From: Chthonomonadales bacterium
GTDB lineage: Bacteria; Armatimonadota; Chthonomonadetes; Chthonomonadales; CAJBBX01
Direction: 5' to 3'
Assembly: GCA_037443035.1 (NCBI GenBank)
Contig: JBBIPC010000002.1
Span: forward strand, 229,620 to 293,619
Length of the DNA: 64,000 nt
In this document: piece by piece, positions 21,499-30,371 of the stretch
How the letters are laid out: each line of letters opens with the position of its first letter
Numbering within the stretch: the first letter of the stretch is position 1
Translations under genes and position numbers: made by a program
Notes under the pieces: model-generated
Seen by the model: only the letters and a program-made list of their open reading frames with translations
The model's database searches: none
What the model was told of the DNA's origin: nothing

Positions 21499-22628
21499 GG
21501 ACAGCAGCGTTCGGCCTGGTCCTGTGTCTGGTCGCCAGCGGATGGGTCTACTGGGCTCTGGCGGTTTGGGCGGCTGAACGCTGGAGGCGCCAGCGGCACC
21601 CAGAATCGGCCCCGGAAGCAGGGGCTTCCATTCTCAAGCCTCTCTGCGGCGTGGATCCGGAGCTGCAACAGAATCTTGCGTCGTTCTGCACGCAGGACTA
21701 TCCTCGATACGAGGTGCTGTTCGTAGCCGAGACTGGCGACGACCCGGCGCTCGCCATTGCCGAGAGGGTGGCTGCTGAGCACCCGAGTTGCGAAGCGCGG
21801 CTGCTGAGCGGCAGTCCTTCGCTCGGCGCCAATCGCAAAGTCAACAACCTCGCATTCGCCGCGCGTCATGCCCGGTACCCACTCGTCGTCGTCAGTGACA
21901 GTGACATGCGCGTTACGCCGGACTACTTGAGACACGTCACAGCGCCTTTCGCCGATGCAGACGTCGGCGTTGTTACATGCCTGTACCGTGCGCATCGGCC
22001 CCGTGGTCTAGGGGCATATCTCGAGGCGCTGGGTATCGGTGCGGAGTTCATCCCGAGTGTGCTCGTCGAGTGGCTGCTGGAAGGGCCCCGCTTCGGCTTT
22101 GGCTCCACGATCGTTGTGCGGCGGACCGTCCTGGACAGGCTGGGCGGCTTCGAAGCCATCGCTGACGAGCTTGCCGATGACTACCGGCTTACCGAAAGGG
22201 CCCGTCAGGTCGGAGCGAAACAGGTACTTCCTAACTACGTCGTGGACTATGTGCCAGGCAGTCAGACGGTGAGCGCGGTGACAGAGCGACGTCTCCGATG
22301 GGCCCGCACGATACGGAGCCTTCGCCCGGTCGGTGCGCTGGGAGCCGTTGTGACACATGTGTTCGTGCTATCAGCGCTGCTACCGCTGCTTCGATGGGAT
22401 CCGCGGTGCTTCTGGTTCCCTGTGGCAACGTTCGTGTGGCGGAGTGCTTGTGCCTCTTGGATTGCGGTACGTTGCGTCCACGACAGAAACGTGCCTCGTC
22501 TCCTGTGGCTTCTCCCCTTGCATGACTTCTGGAGTTTCGGCATCTGGTCGGCAAGCCTATGGGGTAGGAACATCACGTGGAGAGGGCACAAGATGGCTTT
22601 CGGCAGAGGCGGAAGGCTCGTAAGGTAG
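21495..22628 (+). CDS. hpnI: HpnI-like glycosyltransferase (ceramide glucosyltransferase/GT21-like; hopanoid side-chain tailoring)
   Basis: 'SILKPLCG', 'QDYP.YEVLF', 'GANRKVNNL', 'SDSD', 'LADDY', 'RRLRWART', 'ITWRG'. Confidence 0.75.
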   Translation: MRTAAFGLVLCLVASGWVYWALAVWAAERWRRQRHPESAPEAGASILKPLCGVDPELQQNLASFCTQDYPRYEVLFVAETGDDPALAIAERVAAEHPSCEARLLSGSPSLGANRKVNNLAFAARHARYPLVVVSDSDMRVTPDYLRHVTAPFADADVGVVTCLYRAHRPRGLGAYLEALGIGAEFIPSVLVEWLLEGPRFGFGSTIVVRRTVLDRLGGFEAIADELADDYRLTERARQVGAKQVLPNYVVDYVPGSQTVSAVTERRLRWARTIRSLRPVGALGAVVTHVFVLSALLPLLRWDPRCFWFPVATFVWRSACASWIAVRCVHDRNVPRLLWLLPLHDFWSFGIWSASLWGRNITWRGHKMAFGRGGRLVR

Positions 22629-22706
22629 GATGGATGTTCTGCCTGGCAGGAATGTATGGAGAGCATGCGGAATGGGCTCGCAGGAATGCGCAGTAGGAGG
22701 AACAGG

Positions 22707-24026
22707 ATGGGAAGCAAACTCACTCGCCGCGAGTTCTTGAAGACGGCAGGGGCAGCTTCGGTCGCCCCAGTCATCGTTCCGGCGTCTGCACTGGGGCGCC
22801 AAGGGAAGACACCACCGAGCGAACGGATCACCATTGGCGTTATCGGTGTGGGCTTTCAGGCCCGGGGCCATCTCGGCCTTCTCATCCGCCATCCCGACGT
22901 CAAGGTACTGGCAGTGTGCGAAGTGGACCGGACGCGTCGTGAGCATGCCAAACATATGGTAGAAGAGTGGTACTCCGCAGATTCCTCGATAGGAAGCTAC
23001 AAAGGCTGCGACGCTTACGTGGACTTCCGTGAGCTGGTGGCCAGGCCTGATATTGATGCCGTTCTCATCGCCACGCCCGATCACTGGCACTGTATTCCGG
23101 CAGTGGAAGCCATGAAGCACGGAAAAGATGTGTACTGCGAGAAACCCCTGACACTCACCATTGCCGAGGCCAGATTGCTCATCGAGGTTACGCGAAGACG
23201 CAAGCGGGTCTTTCAGGTCGGTAGCCAGCAGCGTTCGAGCAGGGAGTTCCGTGTGGCTTGCGAGGCTGTGCGGAACGGCCGAATTGGAAAGATCAAGCAG
23301 GTCTACGTGTCTGTTGGGGGACCCAGCCGCTGGTGCGACCTACCAGAGGAACCGCTGGAGCCAGGGCTTGATTGGGACATGTGGTTGGGCCCGGCTCCTC
23401 TGCGCCCCTACAATTCCGAGCTGAGCCCGCGTGGCGTCCACAACCACTTCCCCAACTGGCGTTCGTACCGCGAGTACTCCGGCGGCGGCATGACCGACTG
23501 GGGCGCGCATCACTTCGATATCGCTCAGTGGGGACTTGGAATGGACGAGAGCGGTCCCATCGAGATCATCCCGCCAGAAGATCCCAAGGCAGGGATTGGC
23601 GTCCGATTCATCTACGAAGGCGGTGTGGAAGTCATCCATGGAGGCTGGACGACACCCGAGGGCCAGGGTATAGGCGGTGTGAATTTCGTCGGGGAGAATG
23701 GCGCTATCCACGTGGACCGGGGGCAACTTCAGAGCTGGCCCGAGTCAGTGGTGAAAGAGCCGCTTGGTGCCAACGAGAAACCTCTCTACAAGTCCCCGGG
23801 CCATCATCAGGACTGGTTCGACTGCATCCGCAGCCGCAAGCGTCCTATCTGTGACGTGGAGATTGGCGCACGATCCGTGACAGTCTGCCATCTGGGCAAC
23901 CTGGCCTACTGGAACGGTCGTCCGCTTCGATGGGACCCCAAGCGGTGGAGGTTCGTCAACGATAAGGAAGCGGACTCCTGGCGCGACAGGCAGCGCCGGG
24001 CACCCTGGGACAAGTGGCGGCCATAG
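22707..24026 (+). CDS. Tat-exported Gfo/Idh/MocA oxidoreductase
   Basis: 'LTRREFLK' twin-Arg signal, 'IATPDHWH', 'YCEKP', 'QVGSQQRS', 'DWGAHHFD'. AGGAGG RBS before ATG 22707. Confidence 0.92.
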   Translation: MGSKLTRREFLKTAGAASVAPVIVPASALGRQGKTPPSERITIGVIGVGFQARGHLGLLIRHPDVKVLAVCEVDRTRREHAKHMVEEWYSADSSIGSYKGCDAYVDFRELVARPDIDAVLIATPDHWHCIPAVEAMKHGKDVYCEKPLTLTIAEARLLIEVTRRRKRVFQVGSQQRSSREFRVACEAVRNGRIGKIKQVYVSVGGPSRWCDLPEEPLEPGLDWDMWLGPAPLRPYNSELSPRGVHNHFPNWRSYREYSGGGMTDWGAHHFDIAQWGLGMDESGPIEIIPPEDPKAGIGVRFIYEGGVEVIHGGWTTPEGQGIGGVNFVGENGAIHVDRGQLQSWPESVVKEPLGANEKPLYKSPGHHQDWFDCIRSRKRPICDVEIGARSVTVCHLGNLAYWNGRPLRWDPKRWRFVNDKEADSWRDRQRRAPWDKWRP

Positions 24027-24030
24027 AGCC

Positions 24031-27000
24031 GTGCGTCCGCTCCCTGGTTTCATGCATGGCAGGACGCGCACGCTGTCAGCCATGACGTCGTTGCTCGACC
24101 GTTGGGAGGACAGGCTCGCCCTGGGCTGCATCTTCCTGGCGCTCGTGGCGGCCCCCATGCTCCCAGTCGGTGCGGATACCGGAAGGGATACGCGTTTCTC
24201 CCGTAGCTTGGTACTGGCCTGGTATCCAGCGCCCCGCATCGCCATGGTTGGTGACGTGGATGGAGATGGCCGGCACGACTTCGTCGGCTATTACCCGGGC
24301 GATAGAGGCATCATTGACGTCGCCCGTATGTCCAGCTTGGGCAAGCCCTTGCCTGCGATTCAGGCCAACACACAGGCCGGTCCGAACGCGTTGACTGCAC
24401 TCTGCGCGAACTTCGTCCCTGGGGAACGCGCTTGCGTGCTTCTTGTGATGCCTGACGGTGAGCTACGCTTGGTCCACGGGGCGTCTCCTGGGCAGACAGT
24501 ATTGCCGAAGGTGGATGCGGTAGGGTCTGTTGCGCCACCCGTACTGCCCAAGTCACCGCTGTTGGCTGCAGTCGGCGATTTCGACGGCGAAGGATTGCCG
24601 GACGCAGTGCTCGACGGAGCGGACGGACGGCTCCTGGTGCTGCGCAACGCATGCACCTCTGGACACCTCGAGTTCCGGGCCGTGCATTGTGGTCGCGTCG
24701 GGAAGCTACGAAGGCTCGTCGCGGCGGATGTCGACGGTGATGGGTCAGCAGAGGTCATCGGTCAGAAGACCGCAGGCCAAGTCGTTCGTTGGCGGGTTAC
24801 ACGTGATAGCAAGGGTACGCTGCGACTGACCGATGCTACCATCCTTGCCCGCGGCAAGACCGGAGATGGTCTGGCAGCCGGCCGCTTCCGCGGAGGCAAA
24901 GCCGCCGACATCCTCATCGGTCGCCGGTTGTATCACGGACAGACTGAGGAACCTACCATCCCATTAGCGACAGACGCCAGAACCGACTATGCGTGGCTTG
25001 TCGGCGATCTCGATGGTGACGGAGACGATGACCTTGTGCGCTGCCAGCGCGGCCCTGATCCCATCGACGGGGACCATGTGCGGGTCCATTACGCTTTCAC
25101 TGGCGATGAAGTCGAGGGGGCACCATTCGGTGACTTCGACAATGACGGTCTGCTCAACGCCTGGGAGACTGGTCGTATACGACCCGGCGGCCTGGACCTG
25201 CCGGCGTTAGGGTGTTCTCCGCGACGACAGGATGTCATCTGCGAGGTGCAGCGGTTCGAGGACTTCCCAGAAGACCGCACACGTGCTGAGATGGAGCGAG
25301 TTGCCGCGTACTTCCGTAGCCTCCCCACGACGAACCCCGATGGCACCACCGGCATTCATCTCCACGTCATCATCAGAGAACCCATACCGCTGGCGGATCT
25401 TGCCAAACCGTGGTGGACCAACGGAGAGAAGTACCACCCCCTGGCGCATCGTGGCATTACACACTGGATGCAGGTCGCCAACGGCGGCGGAGGTCAGTCT
25501 AGCGAGCTATCCGATCGTGGCGGGTGTGGCGGCCTGGCCTTGTATGCTACGTTCATCCACGAGTTCGGCCATCAACTCGGCCTGGACCACTCGGGACGCT
25601 GGAAATGTGGTCAGTGCCCAGTCTACCCGAGCCTGATGAACTACGCCTACAGCTATCAGCTCGGTGGCAAGGGCGACGCGATCGGCTACTCCAACGGTCG
25701 CCTGCGCCATATCGTCCTGCGGGAATGGGATCTGTCGGAGTACCTTCCTGCCAAACCCGAAGACCTCGTGTCCGTGTCCGGCCCTCCCTACCATTTCCGG
25801 GTCCGACCGGCGCCAGACGGCAAAGGAACTCTCGTCGACTGGAACTGGAATGGCATCTTTGGCGAGCAGCACGTCAAGGCTGATGTGGACTACGGCTACT
25901 CGACGACGGCAGGTCTGCGTCACACGATCGGCAAGACCTACACTGCGCCCGCACTCGTCACCATCGGCACCGGCTCCCGAGAGAGGCTCCTGCTGTTCGG
26001 CACGCGACTGCCACAAGGAGCTCCACTACCGCCGGCCGATGCCTCGGCATTGCACCCGAGTCTGGGTCGTGAGGAGCCTGGGCGCCTCTACGTCCGAGTC
26101 TGGCTCGGTACGGACCCATCACGGGATGGACCGAAGTGGAGTGACGAGACATGGCTGGAGACGGAAGGGGTCACAGGCGATCCGTCTGCGTGCCGTCTCG
26201 GCGATCGGGCAGTTGTTGCCTACCCCACGCTAGCCGGCGTGAGTTTGCGTGCTGTGTATCTGCAACGTGACAGCAGGCCAGTAGCCAGTGCTCCGGTTCT
26301 GGTCCCGAACAGCGCAGGAGCCGAGGTGACCGTCGCTAGGGTCCAGCGGCGTATCCTTGTCGTTCTTTGGCGTGGAGCGGGCGAACCCTTGGAGTATCTG
26401 TGGGGCGAGTTCCATCGCGATGGTCTGCGCGTCTCCTCAGGAACACGTCGGCTCGACTTCGTCAGCACCGTGCCAGTTGGCGCGGCTCAGGGAGGGAACG
26501 CAGGGCGGAACCCTACCGTGTGGCTCGGCCTCATGCAGAACATCCCCGGCGGCTGGCCATCGCGCTTCCAGGTGAGACGCCTGGAGGTTCTGAGGGACGG
26601 CTCCCTCCGAGAGATCAGCATGGAGTGGATCGGCGGGGAGAAAGGTGGCGAGCGTGGCAGCAGCCGTGTCATCCTCATCCATTTCCCGGACCGCACGCTC
26701 TCTCCGGATGGTCAGCTCGCCTTCTTTGCTTGCGGTCTGTTCGGCGAGAAATCGCCGTGGGCCTGCCACTACGTCTGCACCCGGATCGCCGATCGGACTG
26801 TGAACAGCGGCTGGCTGACGCGTCGTTACTACGATGAGTGGACTACCAGCCGATCTGCTCCAGGTGTAGCGCCCTTCAGAGGCGACCTGGCCTTCGCCGC
26901 CCGCTGGTTCGGCAATGTGCATGCTACCGAGAACGACGATCTCTTCGTAGGCTTCTCCGGAAGCGGTGTCGGACGCGAGCCCATGGGAGATTTCGACGAC

Positions 27001-27090
27001 GTGGCTTTCATACGCGACTATGGTCTCTCCCGTTCGATTGGCGTTGTCTATTCGGATCCTGAACCGATCAGAATGGGAGACATGCGATGA
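24031..27090 (+). CDS. Secreted FG-GAP/VCBS-repeat protein with a central metzincin-like zinc metallopeptidase domain
   Basis: At least 5 'GD.DGDG..D' repeats; 'FIHEFGHQLGLDH' (HExxHxxGxxH) and Met-turn-like 'SLMNYAY'. Start may be ATG 24082. Confidence 0.7.
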   Translation: MRPLPGFMHGRTRTLSAMTSLLDRWEDRLALGCIFLALVAAPMLPVGADTGRDTRFSRSLVLAWYPAPRIAMVGDVDGDGRHDFVGYYPGDRGIIDVARMSSLGKPLPAIQANTQAGPNALTALCANFVPGERACVLLVMPDGELRLVHGASPGQTVLPKVDAVGSVAPPVLPKSPLLAAVGDFDGEGLPDAVLDGADGRLLVLRNACTSGHLEFRAVHCGRVGKLRRLVAADVDGDGSAEVIGQKTAGQVVRWRVTRDSKGTLRLTDATILARGKTGDGLAAGRFRGGKAADILIGRRLYHGQTEEPTIPLATDARTDYAWLVGDLDGDGDDDLVRCQRGPDPIDGDHVRVHYAFTGDEVEGAPFGDFDNDGLLNAWETGRIRPGGLDLPALGCSPRRQDVICEVQRFEDFPEDRTRAEMERVAAYFRSLPTTNPDGTTGIHLHVIIREPIPLADLAKPWWTNGEKYHPLAHRGITHWMQVANGGGGQSSELSDRGGCGGLALYATFIHEFGHQLGLDHSGRWKCGQCPVYPSLMNYAYSYQLGGKGDAIGYSNGRLRHIVLREWDLSEYLPAKPEDLVSVSGPPYHFRVRPAPDGKGTLVDWNWNGIFGEQHVKADVDYGYSTTAGLRHTIGKTYTAPALVTIGTGSRERLLLFGTRLPQGAPLPPADASALHPSLGREEPGRLYVRVWLGTDPSRDGPKWSDETWLETEGVTGDPSACRLGDRAVVAYPTLAGVSLRAVYLQRDSRPVASAPVLVPNSAGAEVTVARVQRRILVVLWRGAGEPLEYLWGEFHRDGLRVSSGTRRLDFVSTVPVGAAQGGNAGRNPTVWLGLMQNIPGGWPSRFQVRRLEVLRDGSLREISMEWIGGEKGGERGSSRVILIHFPDRTLSPDGQLAFFACGLFGEKSPWACHYVCTRIADRTVNSGWLTRRYYDEWTTSRSAPGVAPFRGDLAFAARWFGNVHATENDDLFVGFSGSGVGREPMGDFDDVAFIRDYGLSRSIGVVYSDPEPIRMGDMR

Positions 27091-29222
27091 CCTCCGGCCT
27101 GCACAAGCCTCCGAGACGTCATCCGGCCGCTGAGGAGGGTGCCTCTGTCGGACACCGACTATGGAAGAGCGTGCTCATTGCATTCGTCCTCCTCTCGCCT
27201 CTGGCAGCCAAGAACGGAGCGTCAAGAGACGAGGCGTCCGCGTGGAACCGTCTCTTGGAGGCAGTAGGGCTGACGCGCGAGACGTGTCGGTTCGACCTGC
27301 TCGACATGAACCTCTACGGTGGCGGTGAATACCGACTTGCCCAGTTCGACGCCCTCCACCAGGACCCGCTCCGCATACCGTTCTACACACGCGTCTTTCG
27401 GCAGAGCATTCTGGCCTCTGAAGGGAAGGTCGGTCCTCTCTTATCTTGGGCAGCCGCCCGAACTGGCGACGGCACGCGGCTGGATCTCCTCGGCGACCCT
27501 CTGAAGGAGGAAATGGAAGCTGCCGCTAAGCCTGGCGCGTTGGAAGCAGCTCTTCGCAAGGTCATGGCTGTCGGCGGAAGGAATTTGGAGCACGAGGAAG
27601 CGCAACGGATTTCCGCTCTGGCCCGTTCTGTGCCGGCCGATGTGCAGCCCGCTGCTGCTCTGCTGCTGCTCGCCGAACTGAAGTCCCTGAAGTGGCGGAC
27701 AAGGGCGCTTGCGGGCCTCGATACGAGCTTGTTACGGCGTGCGTTCACCGCACTGACCGAAGCTCCCACTGATGAGGGAGACGAAGGGGATGAGATCGAG
27801 ACACTCCGCAAGACCGTGGACCTGAAGCGACTGTTCGTGGGCGGAGAGCTGCTTGCCTTTGCCATGGACCACGCGCGAACGATGCTGAACGGCCGCAAGG
27901 GTACCGAGAGGTTCGATGTCGTTCTCGACACGCCGCTGGGCCGCGTCTGCCTCCGAGGATCAGGCAACGACGTCTATCCGTCGGGTACTTCCTACCTGCT
28001 TATCGTGGACACCGGCGGCGACGATGTCTACCGCTCAGGTGGATGCACCCCAGATCCGCTCCATCCAGTCTCTGTGTTGCTGGACGTAGCCGGCAATGAC
28101 CGCTACGTCGAACGGCCTGAACTGGATAGCTCAGCGGTTGCTGCTTTTTCTCCTTGCAAGAAGCTGCCGCGCACACCTTCCTTCGGGGCAGGCGTGTTAG
28201 GATATGGAATGCTGCTCGATATGGGCGGCGACGACCTGTACCGCGCCATCGGGATGACCCAAGGGTGCGGTGTTTTCGGAGTGGGAATGCTGGCCGACCT
28301 GTCAGGCAACGATCAGTACGACTGCCACACGTCAGGACAGGGCGCGGCACTTTTCGGCACAGGCGTGCTGAGCGATGGAAGCGGCTCCGATACCTACTGC
28401 TGCTTCATGGCCTCACAGGGTTATGGCGGAACGAAAGGTTCCGGCCTGCTGGCGGACTTTGGCGAATCAGACGATCTCTACGATGCTAACGACAAGGAGC
28501 TGGACTTCCCGTCACCGCAAACGGCCCAGCACAATGCCAACCTCTCGCAGGGATTTGGCTACGGGCACAGGGCCGATTACACGGATGGGCACTCGCTCGC
28601 AGGCGGAGTAGGCGTGCTCATGGACGGGGGTGGTCACAACACCTTTCGAGCTGGATTGTTCGCTCAGGGTGGAGGATACTGGTACGGTCTCGGGATGCTG
28701 CTGGCCGGTTCTGGACGCGATACCTACGAAGGCGTATGGTACGTACAGGGAGCCGCGGCGCACTTCGCAGTGGGCGTCCTCGCGGATGAAGGCGGTGACG
28801 ACATGTACCGGGCCACCATGAACATGGCGCAAGGAGCCGGTCACGACTTCAGCGTGGGTTTCCTCTTGGACCGAGCCGGCAACGACAAACACGAGGCACC
28901 GAATCTCTCCCTTGGCGGCGGCAACGCCAACGGTCTTGGCTTCTTCTGGGATGTCCAGGGTGATGATGTGTATGTTGTCGGGCCGTCCACCACCCTGGGG
29001 CGTGCCAGCATCGAAGCTAGTGGCCGAGGCAGCATACGCGAACGCAACCTGACTCTGGGGCTATTCCTCGACACGGGCGGCCACGATACCTACCCTGCGA
29101 ACGTTCCTGGCCCCGGCGACAACACCACGTGGACCATGACCCAAGGAGGAGCGGTTCCACTGCCTTCCATGCGTGGCGCAGGGCTGGACACCGAGGCTAC
29201 CGACACAGCCGACCCACCGTAG
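27087..29222 (+). CDS. Secreted hypothetical protein with many D-x-x-G-x-D-x-Y / QG-x-G repeats (probable Ca-binding beta-solenoid)
   Basis: Repeats such as 'DTGGDDVY', 'DVAGNDRY', 'DMGGDDLY', 'DLSGNDQY', 'DEGGDDMY', 'DTGGHDTY'; ATGA overlap with the upstream gene. Confidence 0.6.
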   Translation: MTSGLHKPPRRHPAAEEGASVGHRLWKSVLIAFVLLSPLAAKNGASRDEASAWNRLLEAVGLTRETCRFDLLDMNLYGGGEYRLAQFDALHQDPLRIPFYTRVFRQSILASEGKVGPLLSWAAARTGDGTRLDLLGDPLKEEMEAAAKPGALEAALRKVMAVGGRNLEHEEAQRISALARSVPADVQPAAALLLLAELKSLKWRTRALAGLDTSLLRRAFTALTEAPTDEGDEGDEIETLRKTVDLKRLFVGGELLAFAMDHARTMLNGRKGTERFDVVLDTPLGRVCLRGSGNDVYPSGTSYLLIVDTGGDDVYRSGGCTPDPLHPVSVLLDVAGNDRYVERPELDSSAVAAFSPCKKLPRTPSFGAGVLGYGMLLDMGGDDLYRAIGMTQGCGVFGVGMLADLSGNDQYDCHTSGQGAALFGTGVLSDGSGSDTYCCFMASQGYGGTKGSGLLADFGESDDLYDANDKELDFPSPQTAQHNANLSQGFGYGHRADYTDGHSLAGGVGVLMDGGGHNTFRAGLFAQGGGYWYGLGMLLAGSGRDTYEGVWYVQGAAAHFAVGVLADEGGDDMYRATMNMAQGAGHDFSVGFLLDRAGNDKHEAPNLSLGGGNANGLGFFWDVQGDDVYVVGPSTTLGRASIEASGRGSIRERNLTLGLFLDTGGHDTYPANVPGPGDNTTWTMTQGGAVPLPSMRGAGLDTEATDTADPP

Positions 29223-29275
29223 CGGCCAGCCACAGAGCATGCCTGCCAACCACAGGGTCGGGCCAAGCGATGCTA

Positions 29276-30364
29276 TTAGGTGTTCCTCTCGAGCCAGCGT
29301 AGCACGTCTTCCCCGGCCTTTCGGGTCGGCGCCCAGCAGTCGTAGTAGAGCAGATTCGGCTCGAGCTCACGGTGATAGATGGGGATCTCCTCAGGCGTAC
29401 AGGGGATCCACACAGCTACCCCCCGCGACTGGATTTCCTTCAGCAAGTCTATCCATTCGATGAACGGCTTGTTGCGAGCGCCGTGGACCCACTGGATGCA
29501 GTCCAGCCCCTGGATGCTGCATAGGTCGGCCAGGTGCACCAAGCACTCCGGTCCGTCCAGATGGTAGACACAATGACCGAGGTACCCTGCCTCCTCCTCG
29601 AGCGCAGGCATGGCCCATCGCCGAAACTGCCGAGGTCCGATCAGCGCCGCGAAGTCGCACTGTATCGTGTTCGTTCTCACGGGATGGTAGGCCGTCACCC
29701 AGCCAAGGGTACCCACACCATCCATGCCACCAGCCTGATATAAAGCATCGTAGATCGGTACGTAGAGCGAACGCACACCGGCCATGGCGCGGTCAATGAT
29801 CTCCGGTACGTCCACGAGGTCCGTGCAGAGACGGTCACCACCACGCATGGCCAGCAGCGCATCCATGTTACTATGGAGGTCCAGGTGGGCGACCAGCATC
29901 TTGCCTCGAAAGGTCTCGGCTAAGACGCGACAGAACTCGAGCATGCGTTGCCACCAATAGCTGTCCTGCCGGAGCCGAATGGGCAGCGCAGTTCCCCAAT
30001 CCTCGATGCATGGAACTGCCCAGCTTGTGCCGTAGTTTTCCTCCGGAAAGGCCAGCTCCGCCCCTAGCCATGCCGCCAGCATGTCCGGACCGAAACTGGG
30101 TGTGTAGCAGGGTATGGCCTCACCGCCCCACCAGACATCGGAGGCTGCAGCGAGGACCTGCTCTGCCACGGCTCGCATATCCTCGCGGGCACCCGCCATG
30201 TAGGGCGGCCACGGCGCTCCCGGCCGATCATCGTGCAGTGGCGCCCTGACGGCGCACACCGGACGATCCAGTATTTCGTGTTCCCAGAAAGCAAGCCAGC
30301 GGTCACGTGCCTCAGTGAAGTCCGGTTTCAGTTCGAGGGTGGGTGTCGGGAAGGTGGATTCCAT
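29276..30364 (-). CDS. UroD/MtaA-like TIM-barrel protein ('trimethylamine corrinoid protein 2'-like family)
   Basis: 'WLAFWEHEILDRP', 'FGPDMLAA', 'TIQCDFAALIGP', 'VYHLDGP', 'IQWVHGA'. Confidence 0.7.
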   Translation of the reverse strand: MESTFPTPTLELKPDFTEARDRWLAFWEHEILDRPVCAVRAPLHDDRPGAPWPPYMAGAREDMRAVAEQVLAAASDVWWGGEAIPCYTPSFGPDMLAAWLGAELAFPEENYGTSWAVPCIEDWGTALPIRLRQDSYWWQRMLEFCRVLAETFRGKMLVAHLDLHSNMDALLAMRGGDRLCTDLVDVPEIIDRAMAGVRSLYVPIYDALYQAGGMDGVGTLGWVTAYHPVRTNTIQCDFAALIGPRQFRRWAMPALEEEAGYLGHCVYHLDGPECLVHLADLCSIQGLDCIQWVHGARNKPFIEWIDLLKEIQSRGVAVWIPCTPEEIPIYHRELEPNLLYYDCWAPTRKAGEDVLRWLERNT

Positions 30365-30371
30365 GGAACGG

